Positions 48,861 to 63,000 are shown, numbered from the stretch's first letter. The stretch: 64,000 bases of DNA from Tubulanus polymorphus (GCF_964204645.1 NC_134026.1:21486150-21550149); one strand, 5' to 3'. Numbers and translations: made by a program. The notes: generated by a model from the letters alone, not told the origin.

Positions 48861-51800
48861 TCATTGACTACACTTGTTGTCCGGATTTACCGGTACTTGC
48901 TCATCCTCGAATTCCTTGTCGAAATCTTCCTTCGAGATCTAGAAAATATGAACAAATTCTATGAGTTTATGATATCGTTTTTATGCAGACGAGCACAATT
49001 TTATCTAATCTTTGAATTCACTGGTACCTTTCCCTTTTTCAGTTTCTTCATCAACCGAATATCTGAATCTAAATCGTCGAGGTCATTTCGACTCAATTCA
49101 GCGGGCCTCTTGTTCGACAATTTCTTCGCTTTTCGCGCCTTTCGTTTATCTTTCTTTTCTTTCTGTTTCGACCACGATACTGTCTCCATCTACGGGGAAT
49201 GAAAGACACATAAAGTTAAAATCTTCAAATCCGTGCCTGCACGAGAAGAATCAATATTTCTATCGAGAATATGATACTCACTTTTCGTTTGACTTTTTGC
49301 GGTCCATTTAACTTGATGTCTTCCAGTAGTTTAAGTCTTGCTTTCTCTCTGGTTTTATCCCTAAAACAGAAATATTTCGTTCATATAATAACTGGGGTAC
49401 TACCTGTTTTATAGAATTCATGATCGAAGTCGACTTTGAAATATATACCGGAAAGGAATTTTTGTTGTATCGATTTCAGCTTCTTCGAAGTCTGGAAAAG
49501 ACTTAGATTTCAATTCTGGCATCTTCGGTAATTTCAATAGACTGAATCCCCGGCCTAATTTAGCTATATCTAGATCTGAAGCATGAAAGAATTTCGATAA
49601 TTTTCACATCATATTTCATACTGCATCAACAGTAAACTTTATCTTTCTTGGGTACCGGTATGTGTCCCAGGAGTAACGCACCTTTCATCTTAAAGATAAG
49701 ACTACATTCATGTTTTCCATATGCTTGTATAAATGACACAAAGGCTCTCATTCCGCCTTCAAATATTGCCCTGAAAAATTAAACATTTCTAGATAATCAA
49801 GCAATGAAGTGATTGCAGTCTCTGCAATGTTCAACTTATTGCAAATAAACTATACCTGTCTTTCATTGCAAGTTTTTTCAATTTTTCTAGAACGTCCGGA
49901 ACATTTTCAGATTTATTCCATTCTTCCAATGGTACCTAAAAACGATTAATTCATTTTAAACGGCACACATTATTATCAAGGCTACAACTTTATCACTAAT
50001 GTAATGACTGCACTTACTTTTTGATTTATCTTTATGAAATCCACAAATGTATCTTCGGCAGGTAATAAGAATAGTAAGGCATTACCGATGTTTCCCATTC
50101 TAGCAGTGCGACCACAGCGGTGCACAAACGCACTAGTGAAACAAGAACAAAGACAATTGATTCAAGAGAAAGATTCACACGTTCTTCTGACATTACGATA
50201 CGTTTACATGTATTCAAATGCTGACAAATTAATTTACCAGGCAGAACTCGGAGGATCATACTGCAGTACCCAATTCACATCAGGAATATCTATTCCTCGC
50301 GCCATTACGTCAGTACAAACTAATATTCCACTGGAAATTTTAAGGATGCAATCAAAATCCTGTCAATCATGTACCATTTAGAACAAATCTATTTTTCGAT
50401 CGGCATTTGATAATCACCTATTCCTGTCTTTGAATTTAGCAAATATCTTCTTTCTTTTCTCCTTCATTTTCCCATGTATACACATAACATCAGTGTGTTT
50501 GATTATTCTGAAAAAAGACATCAGGAAAAAGAAAATAACATACCGAAATAACATTATACAGTTCCAGATTATCGTTCTTTCATAGATGATTGAATTCCGC
50601 ATGAATAATGTACATACTCCGATAGAGCTCTAGTAAAGTAGTCGACACAGGCACAAGTACTGAAAAATACCATGTGTTTTTCGTCTTTGTGGCATCTGAG
50701 GAAATTCACCAAATAGTTGAACTTTTCATCGCTTTCACAAATCTGCGATGAATATGATTTTTGTGCACATTTATTACCTTTTTTTTTACAGGAATATACA
50801 GTAGAACTCACTTAATTCAGAACCTATGGAATTCAACCAGTTTATGAGAAATCCGAATAAAACATTATTTTCAACATACATTTATGCATAGATGGACTGT
50901 ACATGAAATCCAGATTAGATCGAAATCTGAATTAAACTGATCCGAATTACGCGAGTTTGACTGTGTCATGTTTCATTTCAACCTGAATTAAACATTTTAC
51001 ACATACCAAGTAATAGTTTTTCAAAGAGGACGGGGTGCGCTGTATGTTTGAATTATCGGTGTCTGCCTTTTCTTTAACGGTGATTCGGACGGGATTACGA
51101 AGCCCAGCCCGAATCAACGCTTCCACTTCTTGTGTCTGCGTAGCTGAAAACAATCCTGTGCGTCTTTGTTTTGGGAGATAACTCAAAATTGTATTCAAAC
51201 TGTAAACGGAATGAAAAGAAGCACTAAAACACTTCTAAAGCCAAAGCCCTTTAAAATTCAAGACAATACTTTTCATCTGTGAATTGGAAAAGTACCAGTA
51301 ACCCAATAAGCATATCTTAAGACTTTTCTTTAGGCTATTCTAATCCCTAGATTCTGCACATGATTAAAAAAGAATATCTACCTGGCTTTGAATCCCATGT
51401 CGAGCAGTCTATCAGCCTCATCGAGAACGAGTACCTCTAATGATTTTATACTGGCGGCTAAGTCGAAACCAGCTTGTTTCTTTTTAAAAACATCCTCCAA
51501 TTTTCCAGGAGTAGCTGTGATAATGTGAGCCCTAGGAAATTGTATAGGAAGAAAACTTAGAATTCAGGCTCATGTTCCTATTTAACAAATTGAAGTCTCA
51601 TTACGAAAAGTATGTGTTAGAAATAGCTGAATTAGCCAAATGACCAAATTTTGCAATAGAGTTTATAAAATATGCATAGGTAACAATACATATGGAAATA
51701 CCATATCATGGTAAAAATGGCCACCAGTTGGCCAACTTGATGCAGTTATTGGACTGCTAATGTATCTAGGAATGTGTAAACCAAATATTGAGACAATTCA

Positions 51801-53117
51801 TGATGCATCTTCAGAAATTCAAAAAATAACTGGACTCTGTCTAAACACAACACACACATGGAAAACAAGTGTACGCCTGCTGGGACTTTTGTTCCAAGTG
51901 AGCTAAAAATAGCTTAAAACCGATGTAAACATTGGTTCTAGGGATCTATGTGCTGTACACAGTAACATGAATTCATATTTACCCATCCCTAATGAAATCA
52001 TCGATGTCATCTTGTGGACTGTTCCCGCCAATAAGTAACATCTGCGTAAGTTGGGGCACATTTTTCGCAAAACTTTTAATCACTTCGTCAATCTGGATGG
52101 CTAATTCTCGAGTAGGTGTAATAATCAATGCACCGATCTATAATAATGATAAAACAATCTTCTATATGCGGTGTAAATGAATAAAGAATTTTTTGAGCAC
52201 AATAACTTGATTTATCTAATTTTTACTTATCAAACATTTTTTCTGATTACAATTGATCTGATTATTCTATATGAAATTAATCAAGAGAAGTTTCTGTCTT
52301 TATCGCAACAATGAATGATCCTAACAACAATAAAGAATAACACTAAGGATGATGATTTATAGGCTCTGCCACAAGGAAGCCGCACACAGATCAATCAAAA
52401 TTGATGATGAATTTCCAATACGTGCCTCATACTTTCTCAATTTGTCTTCACGGTTCAGTAATATTTCGATGATAGGTATTACAAAAGCCAGGGTTTTACC
52501 ACTCCCAGTAACGGCTTCAGCTGCAACATCTTTCTTCGATAGAAATAATGGTATGCTCGCTGCCTGAAATGAAAAAAAAATGCATACAGTTGTGTATAGA
52601 TATGGAGCCAAACAAATGACTGGAGATCATCAGGAATAACACCAACTCGAAACACTAACTGAAACTGGCTTGAAAGGGAATATTTGGGTTGAATAATAGA
52701 AATTCCCCAGATTTTTCATACAGATACAGATCAGATGAATGAATCTAACACTAATAATATTAGTTGTCAGTGTCGCTAATAGACAGCTGTAGTGTAGTGA
52801 CAGAGTAAGTGTAGTATAGTACCTAGCCGTCGTTCCACAAAAGTTAGAGTAAACCGTAACAACGACTGGTATTCAGACTAGTGACAGTGTAATTACTAGC
52901 TATCTGCCATGTGAACAATTCAATCAAGTATATTGAACATTCAATCCCAATAAGCAAGGCTTTAAATTGCATTATTCAATAACTGACTGCACAGTATCGG
53001 GGCCTAAAACCTCAAAAATACCTGGACGGGAGTTGCCTTCGTAAAACTGAGCTCTTGTAACGATTGAAACGTGGTTTTGGATAAATTAATTCTCAAGTTG
53101 TGCCACTCGGCTTCCAT
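48861..53117 (-). CDS. DDX55: ATP-dependent DEAD-box RNA helicase DDX55 (Spb4), 15 exons, 589 aa
   Basis: Motifs [75 protein letters not shown] and a Lys-rich tail. Exons 53022-53117, 52426-52563, 51983-52137, 51382-51531, 51007-51199, 50618-50742, 50418-50507, 50238-50330, 50018-50132, 49856-49935, 49682-49770, 49449-49575, 49282-49360, 49028-49189, 48861-48938. Confidence 0.96.
50799..50963. mobile_element. Tc1/mariner (pogo-like) MITE remnant
   Basis: TA-CAGTAGAACTC..GAGTTTGACTG termini. Confidence 0.55.
51700..51910 (-). mobile_element. Degenerate HINE-family fragment
   Basis: GCCTGCTGGGACTTTTGTTCCAAGTGAGCTAAAAA resembles the 7570-7604 terminus; the upstream sequence resembles ~7405-7510. 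Confidence 0.6.
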
Positions 53118-54070
53118 CTTGATTAATCTCCAACCCGGAAGTAATTAGTTTATCAATCATGAATAAATTAATCAAAATTTTTTAAAATATAATTGGTACA
53201 ACATAATCATATGAATTAAGTTTGATACCTAAGTAAGACATTTTGGTACAAAAAATAAGATAATATGATATTAGGTAGTGAGATTTTGACCTTGAACTTT
53301 CAATTGGCACTAATTTACGTAGTAATTTCATATCGTATTTCAGGGGATGATTCTTGACCAGGGTACAAATAATCTCTCGATATTAATCATTAAAATAAAA
53401 TTGAAGAAATTATATTTCCTTTTTCTGGAATTCAAATCTTTACGAGTCACATTACGGAACTATTTTCGGACGCGGTTGTATACTACTTTCGTGACTCTGT
53501 TGCTAGGTCGACTTGATGTTCCCGGAATCTTCGTGTAAAATGTCAGTTTATTTCCGAGTTCAAACCATCGATTTCCAGTAACGAGTTACATGCATGTCGG
53601 CCCCTCATAAATACTGTAGATCTTTCGATTCAGTGTGTTTCATTTTGCAGATTTACTTGAGTAAACGCCGTTAAAGTGTCGTAAGAGAGCCTCAGCCGGG
53701 ACGGGAGGCCCACAAAAAGCTGGCCCGATCCACCCGCACCCGGCTCCGTCCAAAAATACAATTCAATTGTTACTGACTGGGGCTACCGTTGTTACACCAG
53801 GCCTATCACCATACCATTTTGATTAAGAGTTTGCAAATGTCCAATCTTGAACTTAAAGATAATAGGCTTAGAGAATTGTACAAAATAATGTTATCAAAAA
53901 GATTTGATTTTGAACAAAAAAGGGCAGAATTTTAATTCATGGTTCTTTCTTTATCCATCTAGATTATCCGAAGTGATCTAAGAAAAAGAAGCCTGGCGAA
54001 ACTGGGCTGAAAGTTGAGCTAGCTAACCGAACCCATATTTGAACGGGTGAATTCCGATCAGTTAGTGACG
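53118..54070. promoter_or_regulatory. Bidirectional promoter and 5' UTR region of DDX55 and GGNBP2
   Basis: Divergent start codons are ~950 bp apart; ETS-type CCGGAAGT at 53135-53142; probable GGNBP2 5' UTR intron 53681-53962. Confidence 0.6.
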
Positions 54071-57000
54071 ATGGCCAGATTGGTAGCCGTGTGTCGCTCT
54101 AAGGATTATAAATATGAAGCACGTCAGCTCCCATTAAACATAGACGAATCATTGACGGTAAGAGTTACATTTTCATAGTCGTCCATGATTACAAATCTCG
54201 TTTATTTTGTTTAGTCTTGTTCGGATCTTGAATTCCCATGACTAAACCGATGTGGTTGTTTGATTAACTCGATGAACGTACGACTTTGAAGCCAGCAGGA
54301 CTTGTACCAGCTTCTTGTCACACAGCACTGATGGTAGTGAATGCAACAGCAACACGGCTGAGCTACTGAGGCTGCAATATTTTGACATATTTGTTCACGA
54401 TCGTATCGTTGTTTATGAATTCAGATGGTAGTACACTTCAGCGATTTGTGTTTGAAATGCGGATCGAAGCAAGACGGCGCTGAAGCGAAAGAAAAGGAAG
54501 CGGCGAAAGTTCGATTCGCGGAGCGATTTTCAATTCTGACTAAAGATGAAATATCCACTGATTTGAAGGTCACGAGTCAAGAAGTGTACAGTTTATTAGC
54601 GCAGATAATGCCTTGTGTCGGATGTCGGCGGAGGTAAAAATGGAAAGATTTAGTTTGGTTTACAGTAAATAGTTGATATGCTGAGGTTTCTTTTACAGGG
54701 TCCCTACAACACTGTGATTCCTTTAAAACTCATTCTAAATGGTCAATGCTTTAAAAGGTGCTTAATTTGAGCAAAATGTCCTAAACTCCTTCAATTTTGA
54801 GAAATAGGCTATCTATTAGAAATTTTTTGTTTAGGCTATTTATTAGAAATTTTTTGTTTACCCAATTGGAGTTTTTACCGTGATCAACATTGCTGATTTA
54901 ATAGTTAACTGTAATTGGGATATGAAAGTGATGCAGACGCTTCACAAAATTTATAATTTTTTCCTTTGAAACTCAAGAGTCAAAAGCTGAAGTAGCCGAT
55001 AAAGTTGTTTCTAAATTTGTTTTTCATTTTTAAAAAGAATAAGTAAAGTATTATTCAAGAAAATGCAAATAGTAAGCATTATGTTCATGATATCTTTTGA
55101 TGTGGTGCATATTTCGCTCATAGTCACACTATTGGTGTAAAAGAATTTTGAAATAGACTTAAAAGTTGATGGAGATCATGAAGTATATCACCCACTTTTC
55201 ACCCCGTTTCTCTGGATTTATTAGTAACTGTTTGATTTTAATATTTGTTGAAAATCTTTCAGCGTTGAAAGATTGTTTAATCAGCTTGTTGAATCTGGGA
55301 ATCCAGCCGTAGAGCCACTGGTGATAACTAAAGGTGGTGTTCTAACGATCAATAAGAAGGATATCTTCGATTCTCAAGCTATATTCAAGTTATTGTACGT
55401 TCGTGGGTGAGTACACTTGTATAAGAAATAAGATATACATCATACTTGGAACTCGATGATAACTTACTGATGGTACCCATCGGGTTTATTTTCAGACCAC
55501 TGCTGAACAAGGTTATCGATTCCATCCCGAAAAGTCGAAAAAATAAGAGATGCCTCTTACATTCCTTAGATACTCATAAAACTCGGAGTCTAGGGTAAAG
55601 TTTAAATTTATATTTAGTTCAAGCTAGTTCATCTTTTCATTTCTAGACGGCCTGAATCAGCGTTTGATTTTCAAATATTTTACTCCTAAGACTAATATTC
55701 AATTGTATACTTAACTATTCCTATTTAATGACTTTGGGGATCGGGTTTGAATCACAACCAAGAAATTTTGGTTTGAACTTTGTTACTTTTCGGTCAGTTA
55801 TCCTCCACTCACTGATTTAACTCAAGTCTGACTGCCTTTTCATGACTACTAAGAGTTTAAGTATACAGATACAGAAAAGGCTCTTAGTGTTCTCTTGTTG
55901 AAATCATTATGCGTACTGTTTTGATGATAGGACCTGGACGGAAGTTTGGGATGTGTTGTCGAAAGAATGTCGAGAAGAGGTTCTATTGATTGACGCCGAT
56001 AGTTTGATGGAAACATTAGAAAACTATCTTCGAAAACATAGGTCAGTATCACGCGGTCCCTAGTGAAATAAATCACTAGTTAAAAGTAATTAACTTTTTC
56101 GATAGATATAAACTGATGGTTAAGCATCGAACCAACTTTTGAGCTATATCCAGCCCTGTTTTGTTATACACCGGCTATTAAATCTATCTTGCTGAAATTT
56201 GGATCTATCTATTCCTAGCTATATTTCAGTGAACATTGCCTTGGCATTCACTGAACTGTCAACTGTTCCTGAGTTTCGGTATTTGTTACTATTTATAACT
56301 GATTAGATAGTTTGATGGAACTGAAGTATGAAAGATGTTACTGAATGATTACTGATTGATTTGAACAATTTCTTTCATATTTCAATGAAATCTAACTGAA
56401 AAAAATTCAATTTGCCATTGAAAGCACTTTTCAGAGGTTGGCAGCCCTGCATTCATGCATTTAATTTTGCTCAACTTGCCACGTTTTAGGTTTTGCGCTG
56501 ACTGTAAATCTAAGGTTTTACGCGCGTACAACATATTGATCGGCGAAATAGATAGCAGCAAAGAGAAAGATTACTGCCCGACTCTGTATGACGGACTGAA
56601 ATGTTGCCCACGCGAGAAGCACATCCACGTTCACTGTGATACTGAATTCATAACTCATATAATCAGACGTGCCGAACCGGAACTTATCGGCAGGTAAGCT
56701 GATCATCCTCAAATAATTATACTTTTTCCGTTAGAACTTGTGCGCGATTGAAAGTCGACTCAATAAGACTGGTGTAAAAAGTTCGACTGTTCTCTCAGGC
56801 TTTGCAGGTATTTGCTACAAAATTACCCAATGATTTTTGTTGGTTAGTAATTAACACATCGGTATTTGCTGCCATTAAAAGCTGTACTGTATTGATTGCT
56901 TAGAATATATTGGAGGAGGATTCCAAACATTAGCACTTGCAGCAGGGACACTTCTCATGATACTCTCTGTGTTATCTCAATCGTTGAAAAAAAATTTGGC

Positions 57001-60000
57001 ATAACATGTGTGTGATCTTTAGTAGTCCTTCTTCCAGTCGACGGGAACGTCACGCTAAAACGCTCGACATAGCACAAGAGGAGGTACTAACATGTTTGGG
57101 CATACATCTTTACGAACGTCTGCACAAAATCTGGCAGAAATTACGAGCGGAAGAACAAACGTGGCAAATTCTCTTTTGCCTCGGCGTTGAAGCATTAAAG
57201 AAGAAGTTTGAGGTAATAAGCATTGACCAGTCGAGGTTCCTACGACGCGTTGATTCCTTAAAAACTCCTACTGAATCGAAAATAGTATTTACTTCGAATA
57301 CATTCCCTGGGAAAATACACTATAGCCATATTGCCTTTGGCTAGGCAGATAACGCCCGAATCGACATTTGGTAGGGGCGCCGTAACATAGCGCCATCTGG
57401 TGAGACGCCATCATCTTTTTGCTTGGCGCTTGTTCTCTAGAGAACGTGTTTCGGCAGTGCTCGTAAATCGGTTAAAATTCTTCGTGTTGGATCGGACATC
57501 CGTTCTAATTGATATTAGAAACAGACATAAGAGTGATTGATCTCGGAATAGAAGTCGAACTTCGGGTGAGATCGTTTTTAATTTATGCGCATTTCAACAT
57601 TTTGCCACCGGTTTTCTACTTCCGGTTTCGCGGGAGCGCCGTGCTGTTTTCTTAGCGGCTCCTCCCGCCTTATATATTTAATAATTATCATTCAACGTAA
57701 TTGATTTCCGTCTCATCATTCACGAAAATTAATAATCTGTACTAAAAATCGTATCAATAATTAACCCTTCATTTCAGCTTATTTTAGGGTTTAACATGTC
57801 GGATCACGACGTCTCCAGTTCCCCTAGGGGACCGAGATTTAAACGTTTGGGCAACCACCTTCTAAGACCCCAGCGTCCTCATCGGGCAAGGTTGATACAC
57901 CTGAATGCCCGGATACTCGGAAACAGGGCAATGATCCGGGACGATCCGTGTCTAGGTCCAGGTCCCGATCGAGATTTAGTCGGTCCGACTCTTCGTCTCC
58001 TACTAGACGTAGGCACCAGCGCTCTAATAAAAAACGACGTCGTTCACCGTCTGACCCCAGCTCTGGGTCAAGGTCTCGTTCTAGGTCCCGTTCTAGAGTA
58101 AGTCGAACCTATTCTCCGTCACCTACCAGGCGTAGGCACAAGCGTGCCCATAAGCAACAACGTCGTCGCTCTCGTTCTAGATCACCGGCTGATAAGCCGT
58201 CTGACTCTAGTGACATCAAGAATATGCTAGCGATATTCTCGCAGATCGCTTCCCTTAAGGAACAACTAAAAGGTAAGGAACCCCCGGGCCCCAAGCCTCC
58301 ATCAGTGCCAACAGGGCTGTCCTGCAACCCAACAGATGGGTTGGTGTTGGATGATGTCAACGATTTTTCTGACGAGGAAAAATCTCGTGATCCAGAAGAT
58401 CCTGGTCTATCCAGGGACGGAGACATGCACAGATCGTGCTCTCCGTCACCATCCACAATGGAAGAGACGGGAGACATTCCATTTAAGGACTTAGTATAAG
58501 AAGTTTTCTCCCGGTACGGAGGTACCAAGGCCAAACCTAAAACAACCCAGCCTAGAGGGTCGGCCGCCAAAATCTTCAGTTCATCCGATGACACCGAAGA
58601 GTTAGTTTTAGCACCACATTCTGCATATAGAGAAGAATGGCGTGAGACTTTGGACACGACACTGTGGGGTGGTAAGCGTACAGACAATACTTGGTCTTAT
58701 CCTCCATTAGAGGCAGGCATGAAGGATTCAAAATTTTTCTCTCCGTTGTATCCTCCCATATCGGGGTACAAGACTTATTATTACGCCACACCAGGTGCTA
58801 ATGATCCGGGATTCAAACCACACTTTGAGTTAGACTCCAATGGGTCAACCACGATAGGACTACCCAAAAAACCACCGCCCTCCTACACTTTACCAAAACA
58901 AGCAATGGGAGCGTTGAACCAATTAGCTCGTAGCATTTGTCAAATCGCGTCTTTCCAAGACATTTCACTGGTTGCCATGCACGGCGAGTTAGAAAAAGTA
59001 AAGTCTCAACTAGTCCAGGATAATCCGGATCCAGAGACAATGTCCGAACACGTGGCGACCATAGAGAGAATTCTACAGTCTATGGCCAAGGCGTTGTGTC
59101 ACCAAGTACCTTTGGGTATAAGGATCCAGGCTAACCTAGCCTTAATCAATAGATATAGCTTGTTGGCCGACTCCAAACTTCCAGAACCGGTGAAAGTAGC
59201 TCTATACAGAGCACCGCTGGGCAATTCCTCAAGGGTTTTCTCTGGATGCTGCGCATCCGCCGATGCGGAGGCCACCAAGATCAGAGAATCTCAGGCTAAG
59301 GCCGGTAGGCAGTCATGGAAGACATCAAAAAAGCCTAGTTATTACGCCGGCAACTCTACCTACAGAAACTCACCGGCAAATCAGCCCGGATACAATCAAT
59401 CTCAAGTCAACAGCAAATTAAGCTACAAAAAAGCGGGTTGGACAAGCTCCAAGGGAGCTCAAAGCGACAACAATAACAATTTGAACTATGTCAGTTATTC
59501 TCAAAGTTCTTACAGTGACAATCCCCAAAGGGGTAGGGCTAGATTACGTAGGGGCTTCAATCGACCCTTTCGTGGCCGCGCCAACACAGGTTCCCGTTGA
59601 AGATGTCAGGCCAGTGGGCTCTTGCCTTCAAGACGCCTCTTCCCACTGGCTAGAAAAATTTGGCGACACTTGGGCTACAAAGATCGTTTCCAAAGGATAC
59701 CGACTGAAATTCGTTCACAAACCGCATATATCTCATCAGCCGGTGGAAATGAGGCCGAAGTGGGGGCAGGAGTCCCACGTTATGCCAGCGATCAACGAGA
59801 TGATTTTAAAAAGATCGCTGGAAGAAATCCCTCTAGGATCCCCGGGATGGTATTCAAGAATTTTCACCGTCCCAAAATCATCTGGGGGCTTAAGGACGGT
59901 AATAGATCTGTCAGCTCTAAATCGTTATATCATAGCTCCAAAATTCAAGCTAACAACACCCAAGGAGGTGATTCAGGGGCTGGAGCCAGGCCAATGGGCA

Positions 60001-63000
60001 GCATCCATAGATCTGAGGGATGCATACCTACAAGTACCAATACACAGGAACTCAAGAAAGTATTTAAGAGTTCATTGGAGGGGAAGAACATACCAATTTC
60101 GGTCTCTGCCCTTCGGCCTGAGTTCAGCCCCTTGGGTCTACACCAAACTTGTCAAAAGGGTTCAGAAACACCTTCAGTCGAAGGGAGTTCGCATTTTCTG
60201 TTACCTGGACGATTGGCTGGTTGTGGCAAATTCGAAAGCAGAGTGCAAGGAAGCCTTAGACAAGACACTGGCCTTGATCCGTCAATTAGGTTTCATAGTG
60301 AATTTAGAGAAGTCCCAGTTGACCCCCTCTCAAAGGTTCACGTACCTAGGTATGCACTTCGACCTGACGCAGGCCTTAGTCAGACCAGCACAGGCCAGAG
60401 TTCAGAAGCTGAGGGAGGCAGTTCTCGGTCTCCTGACGGGGGCGCCCAGATCGGCTCGGTCCTGGTCCCAGGTTTTGGGCCAGATGAGTTCCGTTGCACT
60501 CGTAGTTCCGCTCGGTCGTTTACACAGCCGTTCTCTTCAAAGATTCTGGAAGCAAGCTTGGAGATCGGTAGGGGAAGAGTGGGATACCTTATTGCCGGTA
60601 CCACCGGTGAACCTAATCCCCGACCTCGAGTGGTGGACTCTCGCGCAGAACTTGACAAGAGGCACCTCCCTAGCACCCTTGAAGGCCCCGATTCATCTAT
60701 TCACGGATGCCAGCCATCAGGGCTGGGGAGCACATGTAGAAGGTTTTCAGAAAGCCGGGAACTGGTCTCGAGCAGAGGCTCATCTCCACATAAATCACCT
60801 GGAACTGTTAGCGGTTCAAAAGGCCTTCAAACACTTCAAAAGGAGGTTAGGGGGCCATCATGTGTGGCTGTCGACGGACAACTCCACAGTAAAGGCTTAT
60901 TTGCTCAACCAGGGGGGGACCAGGTCCCCAACATTATCCAACTTAGCAGCTCAGATTCTGACCTGGGTCCAGGCTCAAGGGATGATTCTTTCGGTTTCCC
61001 ACCTGGCGGGCAGCCTGAATGTGGTGGCCGACGCTCTGTCTCGCCAAGACAAGCCAGTAGCCACCGAGTGGACATTGGCAGTCAGGGTAGCCAATCAAGT
61101 CCGGGCCCTGATGGGAAGTCCGAACGTGGACCTGTTTGCCACTCGCTTCAACACGAGGTGTCCGGTGTTTGTGTCCCCATTTCAAGACGACTTGGCGTGG
61201 GGGGTGGACGCTCTATCTCTGAGTTGGGACAACCTGCTGGCTTATGCCTTTCCCCCCACTCCCCTACTCAATCGAGTGTTGGAGAAGATAGAGGGGGCAG
61301 TCAACTGTCAAGTGGTCTTAGTGGCTCCCTGTTGGCCGACTCAGACATGGTTCGTCAGACTCCTGCATCTACTGGTGGACTTCCCTCGCACTCTGCCCAA
61401 TTACCCCGGGTTACTGTCCCAGGGACGGTTCAAGTTACACCCAAATCAATTCCAATTGAATCTACACGCCTGGCCATTGTCAAGCGACAGCTTTCAAACC
61501 AAGTAATTTCTTCGGGGGCAGCCAGATTTATTGTGGAATCCAAACGTCCCTCTACCGGAGCATTGTACGATTCCAAATGGGAATGTTACTCCGATTGGTG
61601 TAATAGGAGAGCGGTGGATTCTCTCCACCCCTCTGTGTCAGAGTTAATAGATTTTTTCTATTTCCTGTTCGAAGAGAAGAATAGACAGGTTATAACCATT
61701 AAAGGCTACAGATCAGCAATAGGGCATACTTTTCGTTCAGCTGGCATCCCTGTAATGACGGAGGATGTGAAAATAGCTCAATTGATATCAGGTTTTAGGG
61801 TTAAGAGACCCAAACAGGTTTCAGATATCCCGCCATGGGACTTAACAGTGGTTCTTAGAGCACTTATGATCACTCCCTTCGAGCCTATCCGCAATACTAC
61901 CCTGTCAGACTTATCTAAGAAAACGGTGTTCTTACTGTTCTTAGCAATGGCCGCGAGGCGTTCGGAGGTTCATGCTTTATCGATGCGTCCGGGTCATATT
62001 TCTTTTGGTCCACAAGATAGGTTTGTCATTTTAAGGCCTGGTCTTAGTTTCATTGCCAAGAATCAAAAGGCTTCCGTAGCAGCCAGATCTTGGAAGATCG
62101 AGGCTTTGACGCATAGGGTATCTCACGATCTTCCTGATACGTCACTCTGTCCAGTAAGAGCTTTAAAGGAGTACCTAGAGAGGACACTTCCCCACAGACA
62201 AGATAGGGAGAGGCTCTTTATTCCTCTCCGACAAGGGGATAAGAGAGATATCTAAAGGGACACAATCGCTAGATGGATTGTATCTTTAATTAAAGAAACT
62301 CTGCATTCTCAGGGGGCCCAGGCTCCGCTCGGGATACATTCTCATCAGGTGAGGGCATTAGCCACATCCTGGTCATTATTCACGGGGGCTTCCTTGGAAC
62401 AGGTTTGTCGTTCAGCCTTCTGGACGTCTCCGTCTACCTTCTCGTCATTTTATTTGAAGGACGTTTCTGGACAGTTAGGCTCACTGTCCACGTTGGGTCC
62501 AATTGTTACTGCACAACGAATAAGCGTACAAAAACCCAAAAAACATTGGGCCCAGTTAGACCTTTTTAAACCAGGTCCTGGGGATTAAAGGGTTTCTTCT
62601 GTATTCAGCTATAAGAAAGTTGATGTATATAAGTTGTGGGCATCTGTTACAGGGCCTAGGTTACCTTAAGACAGTTAGTGGTAAGGGTCCCTTTTGTTAT
62701 AGGTATTAAGTTTAGACATGAATCATGATTTCATTTATATAGCCTGGGCAAGGCTGCGTCTAGAGTTTAAGTTTTTTATCTACTGGTTTAGGTTAATATC
62801 GAGGTAATGGCAGTCAGTGCCTTACTAAGGTATCCGGGAGTCAGTTGACACCGGGTTGTTTGATTTCCTTTTTTCGACTCAAACGTAACAGGGTCATAAT
62901 AGGCATGTTATTATCTACCAGTACAGTTAGGAACTGAAAAGGAAGCAGCACGGTAGCTCCCTGATTTTTGGTTTTCCACTGGCTCACCTGGGGTTTGTTG

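Noticed and set aside
57838-57852. Programmed -1 frameshift at TTTAAAC or TTTGGGC in DIRS ORF1
   Set aside because: TTTAAAC is in the wrong register for the ATG frame, and T-TTG-GGC has a non-canonical G-rich second triplet; a simple indel is more parsimonious.
58109-58687. 192-aa antisense ORF
   Set aside because: Shadow of the Ser/Pro-rich gag-like frame; no motifs.
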